A DNA stretch of 64,000 nt from Rubripirellula sp. GTDB lineage: Bacteria > Planctomycetota > Planctomycetia > Pirellulales > Pirellulaceae. Where the stretch lies: positions 3,904,001 through 3,968,000 of the forward strand of contig OZ244207.1 of NCBI GenBank assembly GCA_965216875.1, written 5' to 3'. The notes beneath the pieces were generated by a model. The model did no database searches. It was not told the DNA's origin and worked only from the letters and a program-made list of their open reading frames with translations. Positions 10,106 to 19,526 of this stretch are shown here, one piece after another (within the stretch, counting starts at the first letter, position 1; each line of letters begins with the position of its first letter). Both the position numbers and the translations under genes were made by a program.

Positions 10106-10429
10106 CCCTCGTCCGTAGCTAGGCTCGCCAGAGCGTGGTGTGGTGGGAAGCGGTCTACTTACGCAACCACCTTCTGGCGAAGGTAGCTACCGGTGCCGCG
10201 GTGAGTTTCTTGTGAGCCGTGATCGCGTAAGCGGCCGGGCCCTCGTCCGTAGCTACGCTCGCCAGAGCGTGGCGTGGTGGAAAGCGGTCTACCTACACAA
10301 CCACCCTCTGGCGAAGGTGGCTAACGGTGGCGCGGTGAGGGAAGGGCCCGAGGCCTCACGGCCAGCGGCTCACGGGTACTGCTAGCCGCGTGTCTGCGAG
10401 GATCGCCTGTCATGCGGAGCATGACCTAC
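10106..10429. repeat. Composite REP mosaic between the convergent STAS and gltA genes
   Basis: Family C doublets at 10115-10190 and 10249-10325. Family D arms at 10212-10240 and 10344-10373. Family E at 10409-10429. Confidence 0.85.
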
Positions 10430-11748
10430 TGAGCCCGTTTTTCGATCGAAACGAAATCGCGTTCGGTTGCACCGGTGTAGACCTGGCGTGGGCGATTGAT
10501 TCGCTTGGCCGGGTTGGCATGCATTTCACGCCAGTGAGCAATCCAACCTGGCAAACGTCCGATCGCAAACAGCACCGTGAACATTTGGATGGGGATGCCG
10601 AGCGCTCGGTAGATCACACCGGAATAAAAGTCGACGTTGGGATACAACTTGCGCTCGATGAAATACTCATCTTTGAGCGCGACCTCTTCAAGTTGCTGAG
10701 CCACTTCGAACAGCGGATCATCAAGGTCCAACTTGGCGAGAAGTTTATCGCAGCTGGCACGAATGATCGTCGCACGGGGGTCAAAGTTCTTGTAGACGCG
10801 GTGACCGAAGCCCATCAACCGGAAGTTGTTCTCTTTGTCCTTCGCCATATCAACGTACTTTTGAACGTTGCCACCATCGGCGGCAATCTGCTCGAGCATG
10901 TTGACGCATGCTTCGTTCGCACCACCATGCAACGGCCCCCAAAGAGCACCGATGCCAGCTGAGATCGAAGCGAACAAGTTCGCGTTACTGCTACCGACCA
11001 TGCGAACCGTCGACGTGCTGCAGTTCTGTTCGTGATCCGCATGGACGATCAACAACAGATTCAACGCTTCCGCGAAATCAGGATCGACCAAGTAATCGTG
11101 CGCCGGGGTGGCGAACATCATGTGCAAGAAGTTCTCGCAATAGTCCAGCTCGTTGTTTGGGTAGATGAACGGCTGACCCATCGACTTCTTGTAGCTGTAC
11201 GCTGCGATCGTGGGCAACTTGGCCAACAATCGATAGATCGAAATCTCGACCTGCTCTTGGTCGTTCGGATCCATCGAATCTTGATAAAAGGTCGACAGCG
11301 CCCCGACGACACTGCTGAGGATTGCCATCGGATGTGCGTCACGAGGGAAGCCGTTGTAGAACGACCGCATGTCCTCGTGGATCATCGTGTGTTCGCGAAT
11401 CCCGGCGCGGAATTCCGCAGCCTGTTGAGCCGTCGGCAGTTCGCCGTAGATCAACAAAAAGGCCGTCTCGATAAAGTCGGACTGAGCGGCCAATTGCTCG
11501 ATTGGATAGCCACGGTAGCGAAGCACTCCCTTTTCGCCATTGAGGAATGTGATGGCGCTCTGAGTGCTGCCCGTATTCACAAATCCTTCATCGAGAGTGA
11601 CCAATCCCGTTTCTGCTCGCAATCGACCAATATCGATTGCGCGTTCCCCTTCGGTTCCTTCGACGACCGGCAATTCCAATTCTTGTTCTCCGTAGTTCAA
11701 ACGAACAGAGTCAGTATTCTGCAGTTCCAAGTTAGCAGTGGTGCTCAT
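10426..11748 (-). CDS. gltA: Citrate synthase
   Basis: Motifs HADHEQNCST, GPLHGGAN, GFGHRVYK and YPNVDFYSG. Likely start is ATG 11748 (MSTTANL) rather than the ORF-track start at 11838. Confidence 0.97.
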   Translation of the reverse strand: MSTTANLELQNTDSVRLNYGEQELELPVVEGTEGERAIDIGRLRAETGLVTLDEGFVNTGSTQSAITFLNGEKGVLRYRGYPIEQLAAQSDFIETAFLLIYGELPTAQQAAEFRAGIREHTMIHEDMRSFYNGFPRDAHPMAILSSVVGALSTFYQDSMDPNDQEQVEISIYRLLAKLPTIAAYSYKKSMGQPFIYPNNELDYCENFLHMMFATPAHDYLVDPDFAEALNLLLIVHADHEQNCSTSTVRMVGSSNANLFASISAGIGALWGPLHGGANEACVNMLEQIAADGGNVQKYVDMAKDKENNFRLMGFGHRVYKNFDPRATIIRASCDKLLAKLDLDDPLFEVAQQLEEVALKDEYFIERKLYPNVDFYSGVIYRALGIPIQMFTVLFAIGRLPGWIAHWREMHANPAKRINRPRQVYTGATERDFVSIEKRAQ

Positions 11749-12035
11749 CACAGGACTCAGGGGGCGATATTTCTTTCGTGCGGACGGGATTCCTTTCCCC
11801 AGTTCCAGCAGTTTAGCGGTGACGCAAGCGAGCGACAATCAGCGTGAACCAATGTCGCAGCGCAGGACGACCGAAAAGAGGGCGACAATGGAAAAAAAGA
11901 GGCCCGCCAGCTGGGAATCGGCCGCGAGAAAAATCTTCACCAGTGGAGATGCCCTTAATCGCGGTCGCGCGTCTGGGAATTTGAGCGGGCGGAATGCGAA
12001 AGGTTTGGGTGTCGTGCGAAGAGCGGGGATTGCGA

Positions 12036-12133
12036 AGACAGGGGGACTCGTGGCCTCGTCCACTACGGAGACAGGGGGACTCGTGGCCTCGTCCACTACG
12101 GAGACAGGGGGACTCGTGGCCTCGTCCACTACG
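12036..12133. repeat. 3 x 33-bp tandem repeat (GTAG-headed REP on the minus strand, family G)
   Basis: AGACAGGGGGACTCGTGGCCTCGTCCACTACG(G) at 12036, 12069 and 12102. Confidence 0.9.
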
Positions 12134-12144
12134 TGGATGGGGCG

Positions 12145-13431
12145 TTACCCGGCTTTTTGATCGCTGTGGGATTGGCGGTGGATCCGCATCGACTCAATTT
12201 TGCGGTTGCTCGCTTGCAGAATCTCGATTTCAGCGTCGCCAATCGAAAGCCGGTGCCCCGATTCCGGAATTGCCCCTGTGTTGTAGAGCACGTAACCGGC
12301 GATGGTTTCGTAATCGTCACTCTCGGGCAAATCCCAGTCGAGTGTTTCGTTGAGATCATCAATCATGACACGACCATCCACCTCCACGGTCGATTCATCG
12401 AGGATCACGATTCCGGTTTCTTCATAGTCGTCGGACTCATCGACGATTTCACCCACGATCTCTTCCAGTGCGTCCTCGATCGTGACCACCCCCGCCATCT
12501 GCTGGAATTCATCGAGCACGATTGCCATGTGAGACCGACTGTGCAGAAACTCACGCAATAGAAACTCCACACTTCGGTCGACCGGCACTGTCCAAGGCCT
12601 CCGAATGATCTCGGCAAGCGGCTGGTCAGCAAGTTTCCCCGAAGCGAGGTAGGGCAGTAGGTCCTTGACGTACAAAACGCCAATCACGTTGTCGAGCGTT
12701 CCTTCATAAACGGGAAACCGTGTCCTACCGGCATCGACCACTTTTTCGAGCACCGTCTCCCAACTCGCTTCACTATCGATCGCATCGACATCGCCCCGGC
12801 GAGTCATGATGTGCCCAACGGTGTCTTCATGCAGGGTCATCACTCCCTGAATCATCTCTCGAACGCCGGGGCCAAAGTAGCCTTCGCGTTCCCCTGCTGC
12901 GACGATGGTTCGGATTTCGTCTTCGAGCTGTTCCTCTTCTTCGTCCTCACTCTCCTCGGTACCGGTCAAGCGACGTGTCAGGAACTCGACCAACTCACCG
13001 GGTGCCGACAGTGGTCGCATGACCGAGGAGAGGGTGCGCCAAAACGGCCAACTGTGATAAAGGACTTGGGTCGATGCAAACCGAGTGACCGCTGCTGGTA
13101 TCCAAACGTGAATCAGCATCATCAAGCCACCAGCACCGATGCCCCATGTCAGCATCCGCGTGGTACTTGGTGAACCATCCACAACAAAGATGGCTCCCGT
13201 TCCAGCAATCAAAAAGACGACCGTCCCGATCATCCGCAGGTACTCGCTTCCGCGAATGGCGGCGTCCTGATGGTCCAACACCGCGCCGAATCGCTCGCGG
13301 TTTTTCTTGAGCCGACAGTAGGCTTCCAAGGATCGCCCCGCGAATCGATCAAGCAATTCGCCACCAAGCCCACCAACACTGCTGAGCAGGAATCCAACCA
13401 ACGAAAAGAACCACAACACCGAAGGACTCAC
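12145..13431 (-). CDS. Hemolysin/CorC (CNNM + CBS pair + CorC_HlyC) family protein
   Basis: N-terminal transmembrane segments, CBS pair (TRFPVY...IGVLYVKDL; MAIVLDEF...VTIEDALEEIVGEI) and C-terminal DYETIAGYV. Confidence 0.92.
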   Translation of the reverse strand: MSPSVLWFFSLVGFLLSSVGGLGGELLDRFAGRSLEAYCRLKKNRERFGAVLDHQDAAIRGSEYLRMIGTVVFLIAGTGAIFVVDGSPSTTRMLTWGIGAGGLMMLIHVWIPAAVTRFASTQVLYHSWPFWRTLSSVMRPLSAPGELVEFLTRRLTGTEESEDEEEEQLEDEIRTIVAAGEREGYFGPGVREMIQGVMTLHEDTVGHIMTRRGDVDAIDSEASWETVLEKVVDAGRTRFPVYEGTLDNVIGVLYVKDLLPYLASGKLADQPLAEIIRRPWTVPVDRSVEFLLREFLHSRSHMAIVLDEFQQMAGVVTIEDALEEIVGEIVDESDDYEETGIVILDESTVEVDGRVMIDDLNETLDWDLPESDDYETIAGYVLYNTGAIPESGHRLSIGDAEIEILQASNRKIESMRIHRQSHSDQKAG

Positions 13432-14006
13432 GAAACGTCCTCCGCGGAGCGATCGGGGCGTTGCCCGGTCATTGGTCCAGCCAGCGGTCCGTCGGCTCCG
13501 AATTTTGCGGCGTCGTCGATCCCGAGTTGACGCAGCACCGTCACTTCCGCAATCCGCATCGCCGCGCGACTTTCCGGATCTTGATCGTCCATCCCGGCGA
13601 CGTGCAGCGTGCCGTGAATGGCATACAACATCAACTCACTGGCCCAGGGCCACCCCACACTCTCGCCCTGACTCTTGGCCGTGTCGATGCTGACCACCAT
13701 TTCGCCTTCGATCCGAGGCGTTTCGGCAACATAACCAAAGCTGATCACGTCGGTGGCATAGTCATGGTCAAGATGTTTGGCGTTGAGCTCGCGAATCGTC
13801 GCATCATCGGTGATGCGGAGCCCGATTTCACCACAAAGAAAACCGCGCAGTGCCGCCGCAGCGGTGATCGCGCGACTCAGCGATGGAATGTCCAACCGAT
13901 CATTCACAGTAGCGTCGACCTGGATGTCAACGTGAAGCTTTTCGGCTTGCAGGTCGCCTTGTTGAAGCTTGCTTGTGGGGGATGGTTGCATCGTAGTGGT
14001 GCCCAT
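13428..14006 (-). CDS. ybeY: rRNA maturation endoribonuclease YbeY
   Basis: IRELNAKHL..DYATDVISF and HGTLHVAGMDD, in phoH/CorC context. Start at 14006 or 13991. Confidence 0.9.
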   Translation of the reverse strand: MGTTTMQPSPTSKLQQGDLQAEKLHVDIQVDATVNDRLDIPSLSRAITAAAALRGFLCGEIGLRITDDATIRELNAKHLDHDYATDVISFGYVAETPRIEGEMVVSIDTAKSQGESVGWPWASELMLYAIHGTLHVAGMDDQDPESRAAMRIAEVTVLRQLGIDDAAKFGADGPLAGPMTGQRPDRSAEDVS

Positions 14007-14041
14007 TCCTTGAAACCTTGGAATGGACGCGGCAGTGGGAA

Positions 14042-16435
14042 TCAGGCGGATTGCTGGCCGGGGTATTTGACCCGCGCGTGGTAGATCGCAGTTAACGATT
14101 TGACAAGACTTTGACGAACGCGGTCGAGTTGCCTGAAGGTCAAACCGCATTCATCAAATTGCCCATCGGACATTTTCTTTTGGGCGATCGAATCGACCAA
14201 GCCTTTGATACGAGCGGGCGTTGGATCGACCAACGTTCGACTCGCACTTTCAACTGCATCGGCAAGCATCATCACCGCCGCTTCAAGCGTCTGTGGCTTT
14301 GGACCAGGGTAGCGAAAATCTTTGTCACTGACCGATTCGCCGTTGGGATCTTCTTCGCTTCGCCGTGCTGCTTCGCGATAAAAGTACTCGACAAGCGTTG
14401 TGCCGTGATGCTGCAAAATGAAATCGATGATCGGCGGTGGCAGATGATGGCTTCGCGCCAAGTCAGCGCCGTCTTTGACGTGTGCGATGATCACAAGCGT
14501 GCTCATCGCCGGCTGCAACGAATCGTGTTGGTTCACACCTGCACTTTGGTTTTCGACAAAGTACTCGGGTTTAAACATCTTCCCGATGTCGTGGAAGTAG
14601 GCACCCACGCGAACGAGCAAACCGTTGGCGCCGATCGCGTCCGCAGCGGCTTCAGCAATCGAAGCAACGTTGATCGAGTGGTTGTAGGTCCCCGGTGCGC
14701 GCTGAGCCAACCGTCGCAAAAGTGGGTGACTTGCATCGCCAAGTTCCAACAAGCTCAAGTCGGTCTGCACGCCGTACGCCTTTTCGACCCAGGGCAAGAT
14801 CCCCGTCATGAAAGTGGCCGAAACCAAGATCAAGAAGCCTGACCAAAACGCTTGCCGAATCAACCCAACAATCACGAGGTCAAACTGCGGACCGTGATAA
14901 CTCGGATCGGGGCTGGCCATCGCAACGCCACTGCTCAGGATCGCGCCACTTGTCACAATCCCCACGCCAACCACCGTCAGAATCGTGATCGCCGCCGATA
15001 TGGCTCCCACGTAAAGCAGGTGTGTACGACTGCGGATGCGGCCGAGCAATAACGTACAGCTCGTGCATGCTGCAGCCATCATGACCAACTCAGCAAGATT
15101 CGCTCCCAAGAAGAGCGTCACGCTGATGCTTGCGGCCGCCATCAACAGCAGCGCCAGTTCTCGGCCGTAAACGACTGCCGCGATGATCGATGCCAACACA
15201 AGCGGAATCAACTCACCCCGCCACTGATCGCGTGAGGCAAAGTAGCTAAGCGTGACCGCCCCGACCATCAAGGTCAGCAGTTTGGCAAACTTCCAACGAT
15301 CAAGTAGCAAGCGTCGATCGTCAACAAAAAAGATGTATGCGCCACACAGCAGGTAGAGTGCCGCGATCATTCCTGCGTACGCGAGCACACGGGCAAGCAT
15401 GTCCGTCCAGGTCAACTGCGAAACAATGCCCTCCCACTCGCGACGAAGCAATGCTCGCGTTTCTTCGTCCAATGGGATGCCGGCTTGGGCCAGCGGCAAA
15501 TTCGCGTTGCCCGCTTTGTAGGTCGTCTTCTCAGGTTGGATTTTCGACGTCGCTTCTTGCCGCGCCTGTTCACTACGAATGTCGTCGTAGGTCAGTGTTT
15601 CAAAGTCGGGCAGACGGGTGACCAGCCAGTCGTACACCATCTGCGAAACTTTGCTGTACTCGTCATCCTCGGCATCAGGGAATTGTGTGCGAAACTGTTC
15701 GCGTAGCCGAGTTCGAATGCCTTCCTTGGCCTGAGCGATTTGTGCGTTGCTGAGTTCGACGAACAAGATATCGTCAGGCTGGCCCGACGGATAAACCCGA
15801 ATCAGTTCCTGGTTACCTTGCCGTGGGTTGTGCTGAAGCCCTTGGAACAGACCGTACTTGTAGTTTTCCGACAGCGCTGTGCCGAGGGCGGTGTCGACCT
15901 TGGAAGGTCCTTCCTCGTTTGCCAGCACCTTCTTAAACAAAGCAAAACGGTCGGCCGGCGCATCGGCTGGCTTGGCATCAGGCTCGTCACTCGCTTCGGG
16001 CTTATAGAACTCGCTGAACGATTCCAGCTCGTCATCACTAAGTTGGTCAAACGCCGGCGCATCGAGCACCTGGAACAATTGGTTTCGCAGTGCGGCGCGA
16101 AGCTGATTGAGCGGTTCCGAGCGATTCTTGTAGAACGCAATCTGCTCGCTGGCCAACTTTTCTTTGGCCAGATTGGTCTTTTGGACATCGATCACATCGA
16201 ACGTGACCCGCGTGATCAAATCGCGTTCAGGAATCTCGCCAGTGCGATACGAAAAGGCGGGCTGCCAAGTCTGGCATGCAAACAGCATCGCAGCGGCTGC
16301 AACCACAGCCATCGCAATACGGATCGCACCATCCGATTTGTCGCTACGCTGCCACCACTCAACAAGCCGTGGTTTTTGAATCCCAAGCGACTCGATGCGT
16401 TCTTTTTGCGATCGTTGTTTACTTGCGCCACTCAT
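14042..16435 (-). CDS. 7TM-HD phosphohydrolase (PgpH/YqfF-like, putative cyclic dinucleotide phosphodiesterase)
   Basis: Large extracytoplasmic domain, a multi-TM block, then APGTYNHS, AYFHDIGK, HHGT and MLADAVE. Confidence 0.9.
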   Translation of the reverse strand: MSGASKQRSQKERIESLGIQKPRLVEWWQRSDKSDGAIRIAMAVVAAAAMLFACQTWQPAFSYRTGEIPERDLITRVTFDVIDVQKTNLAKEKLASEQIAFYKNRSEPLNQLRAALRNQLFQVLDAPAFDQLSDDELESFSEFYKPEASDEPDAKPADAPADRFALFKKVLANEEGPSKVDTALGTALSENYKYGLFQGLQHNPRQGNQELIRVYPSGQPDDILFVELSNAQIAQAKEGIRTRLREQFRTQFPDAEDDEYSKVSQMVYDWLVTRLPDFETLTYDDIRSEQARQEATSKIQPEKTTYKAGNANLPLAQAGIPLDEETRALLRREWEGIVSQLTWTDMLARVLAYAGMIAALYLLCGAYIFFVDDRRLLLDRWKFAKLLTLMVGAVTLSYFASRDQWRGELIPLVLASIIAAVVYGRELALLLMAAASISVTLFLGANLAELVMMAAACTSCTLLLGRIRSRTHLLYVGAISAAITILTVVGVGIVTSGAILSSGVAMASPDPSYHGPQFDLVIVGLIRQAFWSGFLILVSATFMTGILPWVEKAYGVQTDLSLLELGDASHPLLRRLAQRAPGTYNHSINVASIAEAAADAIGANGLLVRVGAYFHDIGKMFKPEYFVENQSAGVNQHDSLQPAMSTLVIIAHVKDGADLARSHHLPPPIIDFILQHHGTTLVEYFYREAARRSEEDPNGESVSDKDFRYPGPKPQTLEAAVMMLADAVESASRTLVDPTPARIKGLVDSIAQKKMSDGQFDECGLTFRQLDRVRQSLVKSLTAIYHARVKYPGQQSA

Positions 16436-16532
16436 GGCTGCGAACCAACAATTTCGTTTTCTTCGGGCGCGGCAGACCGAACGGTCACCGCAGAAAACGA
16501 ATCATGCCAAGCAACATTGTCTTGGATGGAGT

Positions 16533-17543
16533 TTATTGGCCCTTGGGGTCCCCATGATTGTGGTTGTCTTGATCGCCGCGTTGATCGCGGTCATCGACAC
16601 TCTCGTAGGCTTCGACGATGCGTTGCACCAATCGATGCCGGACGATGTCGGTGGCGCCGAGTCGCACCAGTCCGATACCGTCAATTTTCCCTAGCCGACG
16701 AAGCGAGTCGCGAAGACCGCTGGTCACACCGCGCGGAAGGTCCAACTGAGTTGTGTCGCCGCTAACGACCATCTTGCTGCGCTCACCCATTCGGGTAAGG
16801 AACATCTTCATTTGAGCGACCGTCGTGTTCTGCGCTTCATCCAAAATGATGAAGGCGTCATTGAGGGTACGCCCACGCATGTAGGCTAGCGGGATGACTT
16901 CGATCACATCCTGCTCCATCAAGTTCCGCGCCTGGTCATAATCGACCATCTCGCCTAGCGCGTCCATGAGCGGTCGCAGGTAGGGATTTAGTTTGGCGCG
17001 AAGATCGCCCGGCAGGAACCCCAAACTTTCACCCGCTTCGACGGCGGGGCGGACGAGCACAATTTTGCGGATCGTTCCCGCCTTAAGTGCTTCGACAGCG
17101 GTTGCGACGGCCAAATACGTCTTTCCGCAACCGGCTGGACCGGTCGCAAAAGTCAGATCGTGATTGCGAATGGCATCGACGTACTTGGCTTGGCCCGGGG
17201 TGCGTGGGCGAATCCGACGTCCCGCATGGTGGATGTCGATATCCTCGCCCAAATTGACTTTCTTTTGGCCGCCACCCACAACGACTGCACCCTCTTCGGA
17301 CGCAGCGGTTTCGACATCGCCGGCGCTCAATTCGCCTTGCTTGCGAGATAGAACACGCAGTTTTTCAAGCGTGCGGGTCGCACGATGGACATCTTCGCCT
17401 TCGCCCGAGATCCGAATGCGGCCATCACGCTGGGTGATCGTCACATCGAATAGTCGTCTCAGTTTTCGGAGGTGTTGATCACGTGGCCCAAATAAAGCGA
17501 GAAGCTCGTCGGGGTTGGTGATCGACAGGGTCGCTTCGGTCAT
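16533..17543 (-). CDS. phoH: PhoH-family ATPase
   Basis: GPAGCGKT, RPAVEAGESLGFLPG, YMRGRTL and DEAQN. Confidence 0.95.
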   Translation of the reverse strand: MTEATLSITNPDELLALFGPRDQHLRKLRRLFDVTITQRDGRIRISGEGEDVHRATRTLEKLRVLSRKQGELSAGDVETAASEEGAVVVGGGQKKVNLGEDIDIHHAGRRIRPRTPGQAKYVDAIRNHDLTFATGPAGCGKTYLAVATAVEALKAGTIRKIVLVRPAVEAGESLGFLPGDLRAKLNPYLRPLMDALGEMVDYDQARNLMEQDVIEVIPLAYMRGRTLNDAFIILDEAQNTTVAQMKMFLTRMGERSKMVVSGDTTQLDLPRGVTSGLRDSLRRLGKIDGIGLVRLGATDIVRHRLVQRIVEAYESVDDRDQRGDQDNHNHGDPKGQ

Positions 17544-17699
17544 CAGTTGCCTGCGAGGAATTCGGAAGTCCGACGGGAATCATTGTAAACGTTCCCAAGG
17601 GGGGTTATACGTCGAAAAGCTCTCCAAAACCGGCCAGTCCCGTCGGCGACTCCGATTTCAACCCAGATTGCCCTGTTTGACGCATAACATCCCGACTAA

Positions 17700-18659
17700 T
17701 CACCAGCCCACCCCCGCCGAAAAACAGAGGTATGCCGGCATGACCGACGCAATCAGCGAATCGGTCACATCCCACACCCCCCCCAAACCGGGCAGCCAGT
17801 TTCCACTATCTTTGGCTCCCGCATCTCGCTTGATCAACGACTCGGCCAAATCACCGACAAGTCCGGCGACTGTCAACAAAGGGCCCAGCAAAAGGGCACC
17901 CCAAAGCGGGTTGGCAAGCAGAGCAATCGATGGTGTCGTTCCGGGCGGAAGCGATGTGCCAGCGATCGCGGGAAAGGCCCAGCGAAGCAAAACGTAGGCA
18001 ACCAGTGACGCTGTGAGCATGCCACCGATCAATCCTTCCCAAGTTTTGCCTGGGCTAAGACGCGGAATCAGTTTGTGTTTTCCAAGGCTCTTTCCCGTAA
18101 AGTAAGCGCCAGCATCGGCGGATTTGGTCACCGCCAACATCGTGATCAAGGCGGCGAGTCCCCAGGTGCCATCACCTAGGCAACGCAGCGCGACCAACAT
18201 CGCCATCGGCAGTCCGACATACAGCGACACGAATACTCCGCCGCAGGTGCGCTCAATTGTTCCCTTCTTTTGTTCCTCTTTTCCGTAGCGCCGCATCTCT
18301 TCAAGCAGCAGTAGAAAGATGGCGGCAATCGCTGCGACCACGATCCACCCCAACTTTCCGACCGGACAATTCACCGGATAGGTCGATCCCACCAACGGCC
18401 ACACAAGCGGGATGGCGGCCGAGATCGCAATCATGAACGTTGCCAACAGCGTGGGCTTGCGCGATACGGGATGGCTGCTTTGGATCAACAGCTGCGACAT
18501 GTCAAACGCAGTCCCAAGCGCAAAGAACATCAACAGCGGTAACAACCAAATGCCTGGCACGCCACCGAGCGGGAACTTGGCATCAAGGAAGATCAACGTC
18601 AGTGCGACGGTGATCAGCACTGCCGAGGACTTAAGTCGCGATTGAAGTTCAGGGCTCAA
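17700..18659 (-). CDS. cdsA: Phosphatidate cytidylyltransferase
   Basis: SPGKTWEG, GDLAESLIKR and KDSG..LPG.GG..D; follows uppS. Confidence 0.93.
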   Translation of the reverse strand: MSPELQSRLKSSAVLITVALTLIFLDAKFPLGGVPGIWLLPLLMFFALGTAFDMSQLLIQSSHPVSRKPTLLATFMIAISAAIPLVWPLVGSTYPVNCPVGKLGWIVVAAIAAIFLLLLEEMRRYGKEEQKKGTIERTCGGVFVSLYVGLPMAMLVALRCLGDGTWGLAALITMLAVTKSADAGAYFTGKSLGKHKLIPRLSPGKTWEGLIGGMLTASLVAYVLLRWAFPAIAGTSLPPGTTPSIALLANPLWGALLLGPLLTVAGLVGDLAESLIKRDAGAKDSGNWLPGLGGVWDVTDSLIASVMPAYLCFSAGVGW

Positions 18660-18771
18660 CGTTTCTTCTAGCTCGACGTTTTTCGGTGGTGGCGGTGCGT
18701 CTTCATGATGGAGCGCGTGAAAAGGTCATTGCACTGCGTGATTGTCATCTGTTGACACTCGGGACACCACG

Positions 18772-19512
18772 TCATTCGTTGACACCCAGGCCACCGAAGC
18801 GGCGTTGTCGCGATGCAAAATCGGCGATCGCGTCGATAAAGTCATTGCGTTCAAATTCGGGCCAACACTTTTCGGTGAAGTGCAATTCGGCGTAACTGAT
18901 TTGCCAAAGCAAAAAGTTGCTCACGCGCGTGTCGCCGCCGGTACGAATCATCAGATCAATCTCAGGCAGCCCCGCCGTGTAGAGCCTTTCGGTGATCGAA
19001 TCTTCGCTGATGTCTTCTTCGGCAAGTTTCCCGCTGCGCACATCTTCGACCGCAACCCTGATCGCTCGGGCAATTTCGTCGCGACCACCATAGTCGATTG
19101 CGAGGACAAGTTTGGTCCCTTGATTGGACGCTGACATTTCGAGCGTCCGATTCATTTCGGCCAAGACATTTTCGGGCAAACGGTCGCGTCGACCAATCAC
19201 CTTTAACTGTAGACCCTGGTCCATGATCGTCCGCCGCTCCTCGACCAAATACTGTTCAAGGAGGTGCATCAAGAAGTCGAGTTCGGCCTGGGGACGCTTC
19301 CAGTTTTCACTCGACAAGCAGTACAGCGTGACCGCCTCGATGCCCAACTCGGTAGCGGTTTCGCTGATCATTCGCACGGTCGAGACACCGCGCCGATGCC
19401 CCTCGATTCGGGGCAGGCCGCGTGATTGTGCCCAGCGGCCGTTGCCATCCATGATGATGGCGATGTGCTTGGGTTGCTCGTCGGCTGGAACCTCGCACGG
19501 CCCGTCCTTCAT
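18772..19512 (-). CDS. uppS: Undecaprenyl-diphosphate synthase (isoprenyl transferase)
   Basis: HIAIIMDGNGRWA, SSENWKRP and RTGG..RVSNFLLWQ. Confidence 0.96.
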   Translation of the reverse strand: MKDGPCEVPADEQPKHIAIIMDGNGRWAQSRGLPRIEGHRRGVSTVRMISETATELGIEAVTLYCLSSENWKRPQAELDFLMHLLEQYLVEERRTIMDQGLQLKVIGRRDRLPENVLAEMNRTLEMSASNQGTKLVLAIDYGGRDEIARAIRVAVEDVRSGKLAEEDISEDSITERLYTAGLPEIDLMIRTGGDTRVSNFLLWQISYAELHFTEKCWPEFERNDFIDAIADFASRQRRFGGLGVNE

Positions 19513-19526
19513 CGATCGAACCCTTT

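Noticed and set aside
12036..12133. CRISPR array or 11-aa repeat protein
   Set aside because: No spacers; the ORFs crossing it only translate the repeat.
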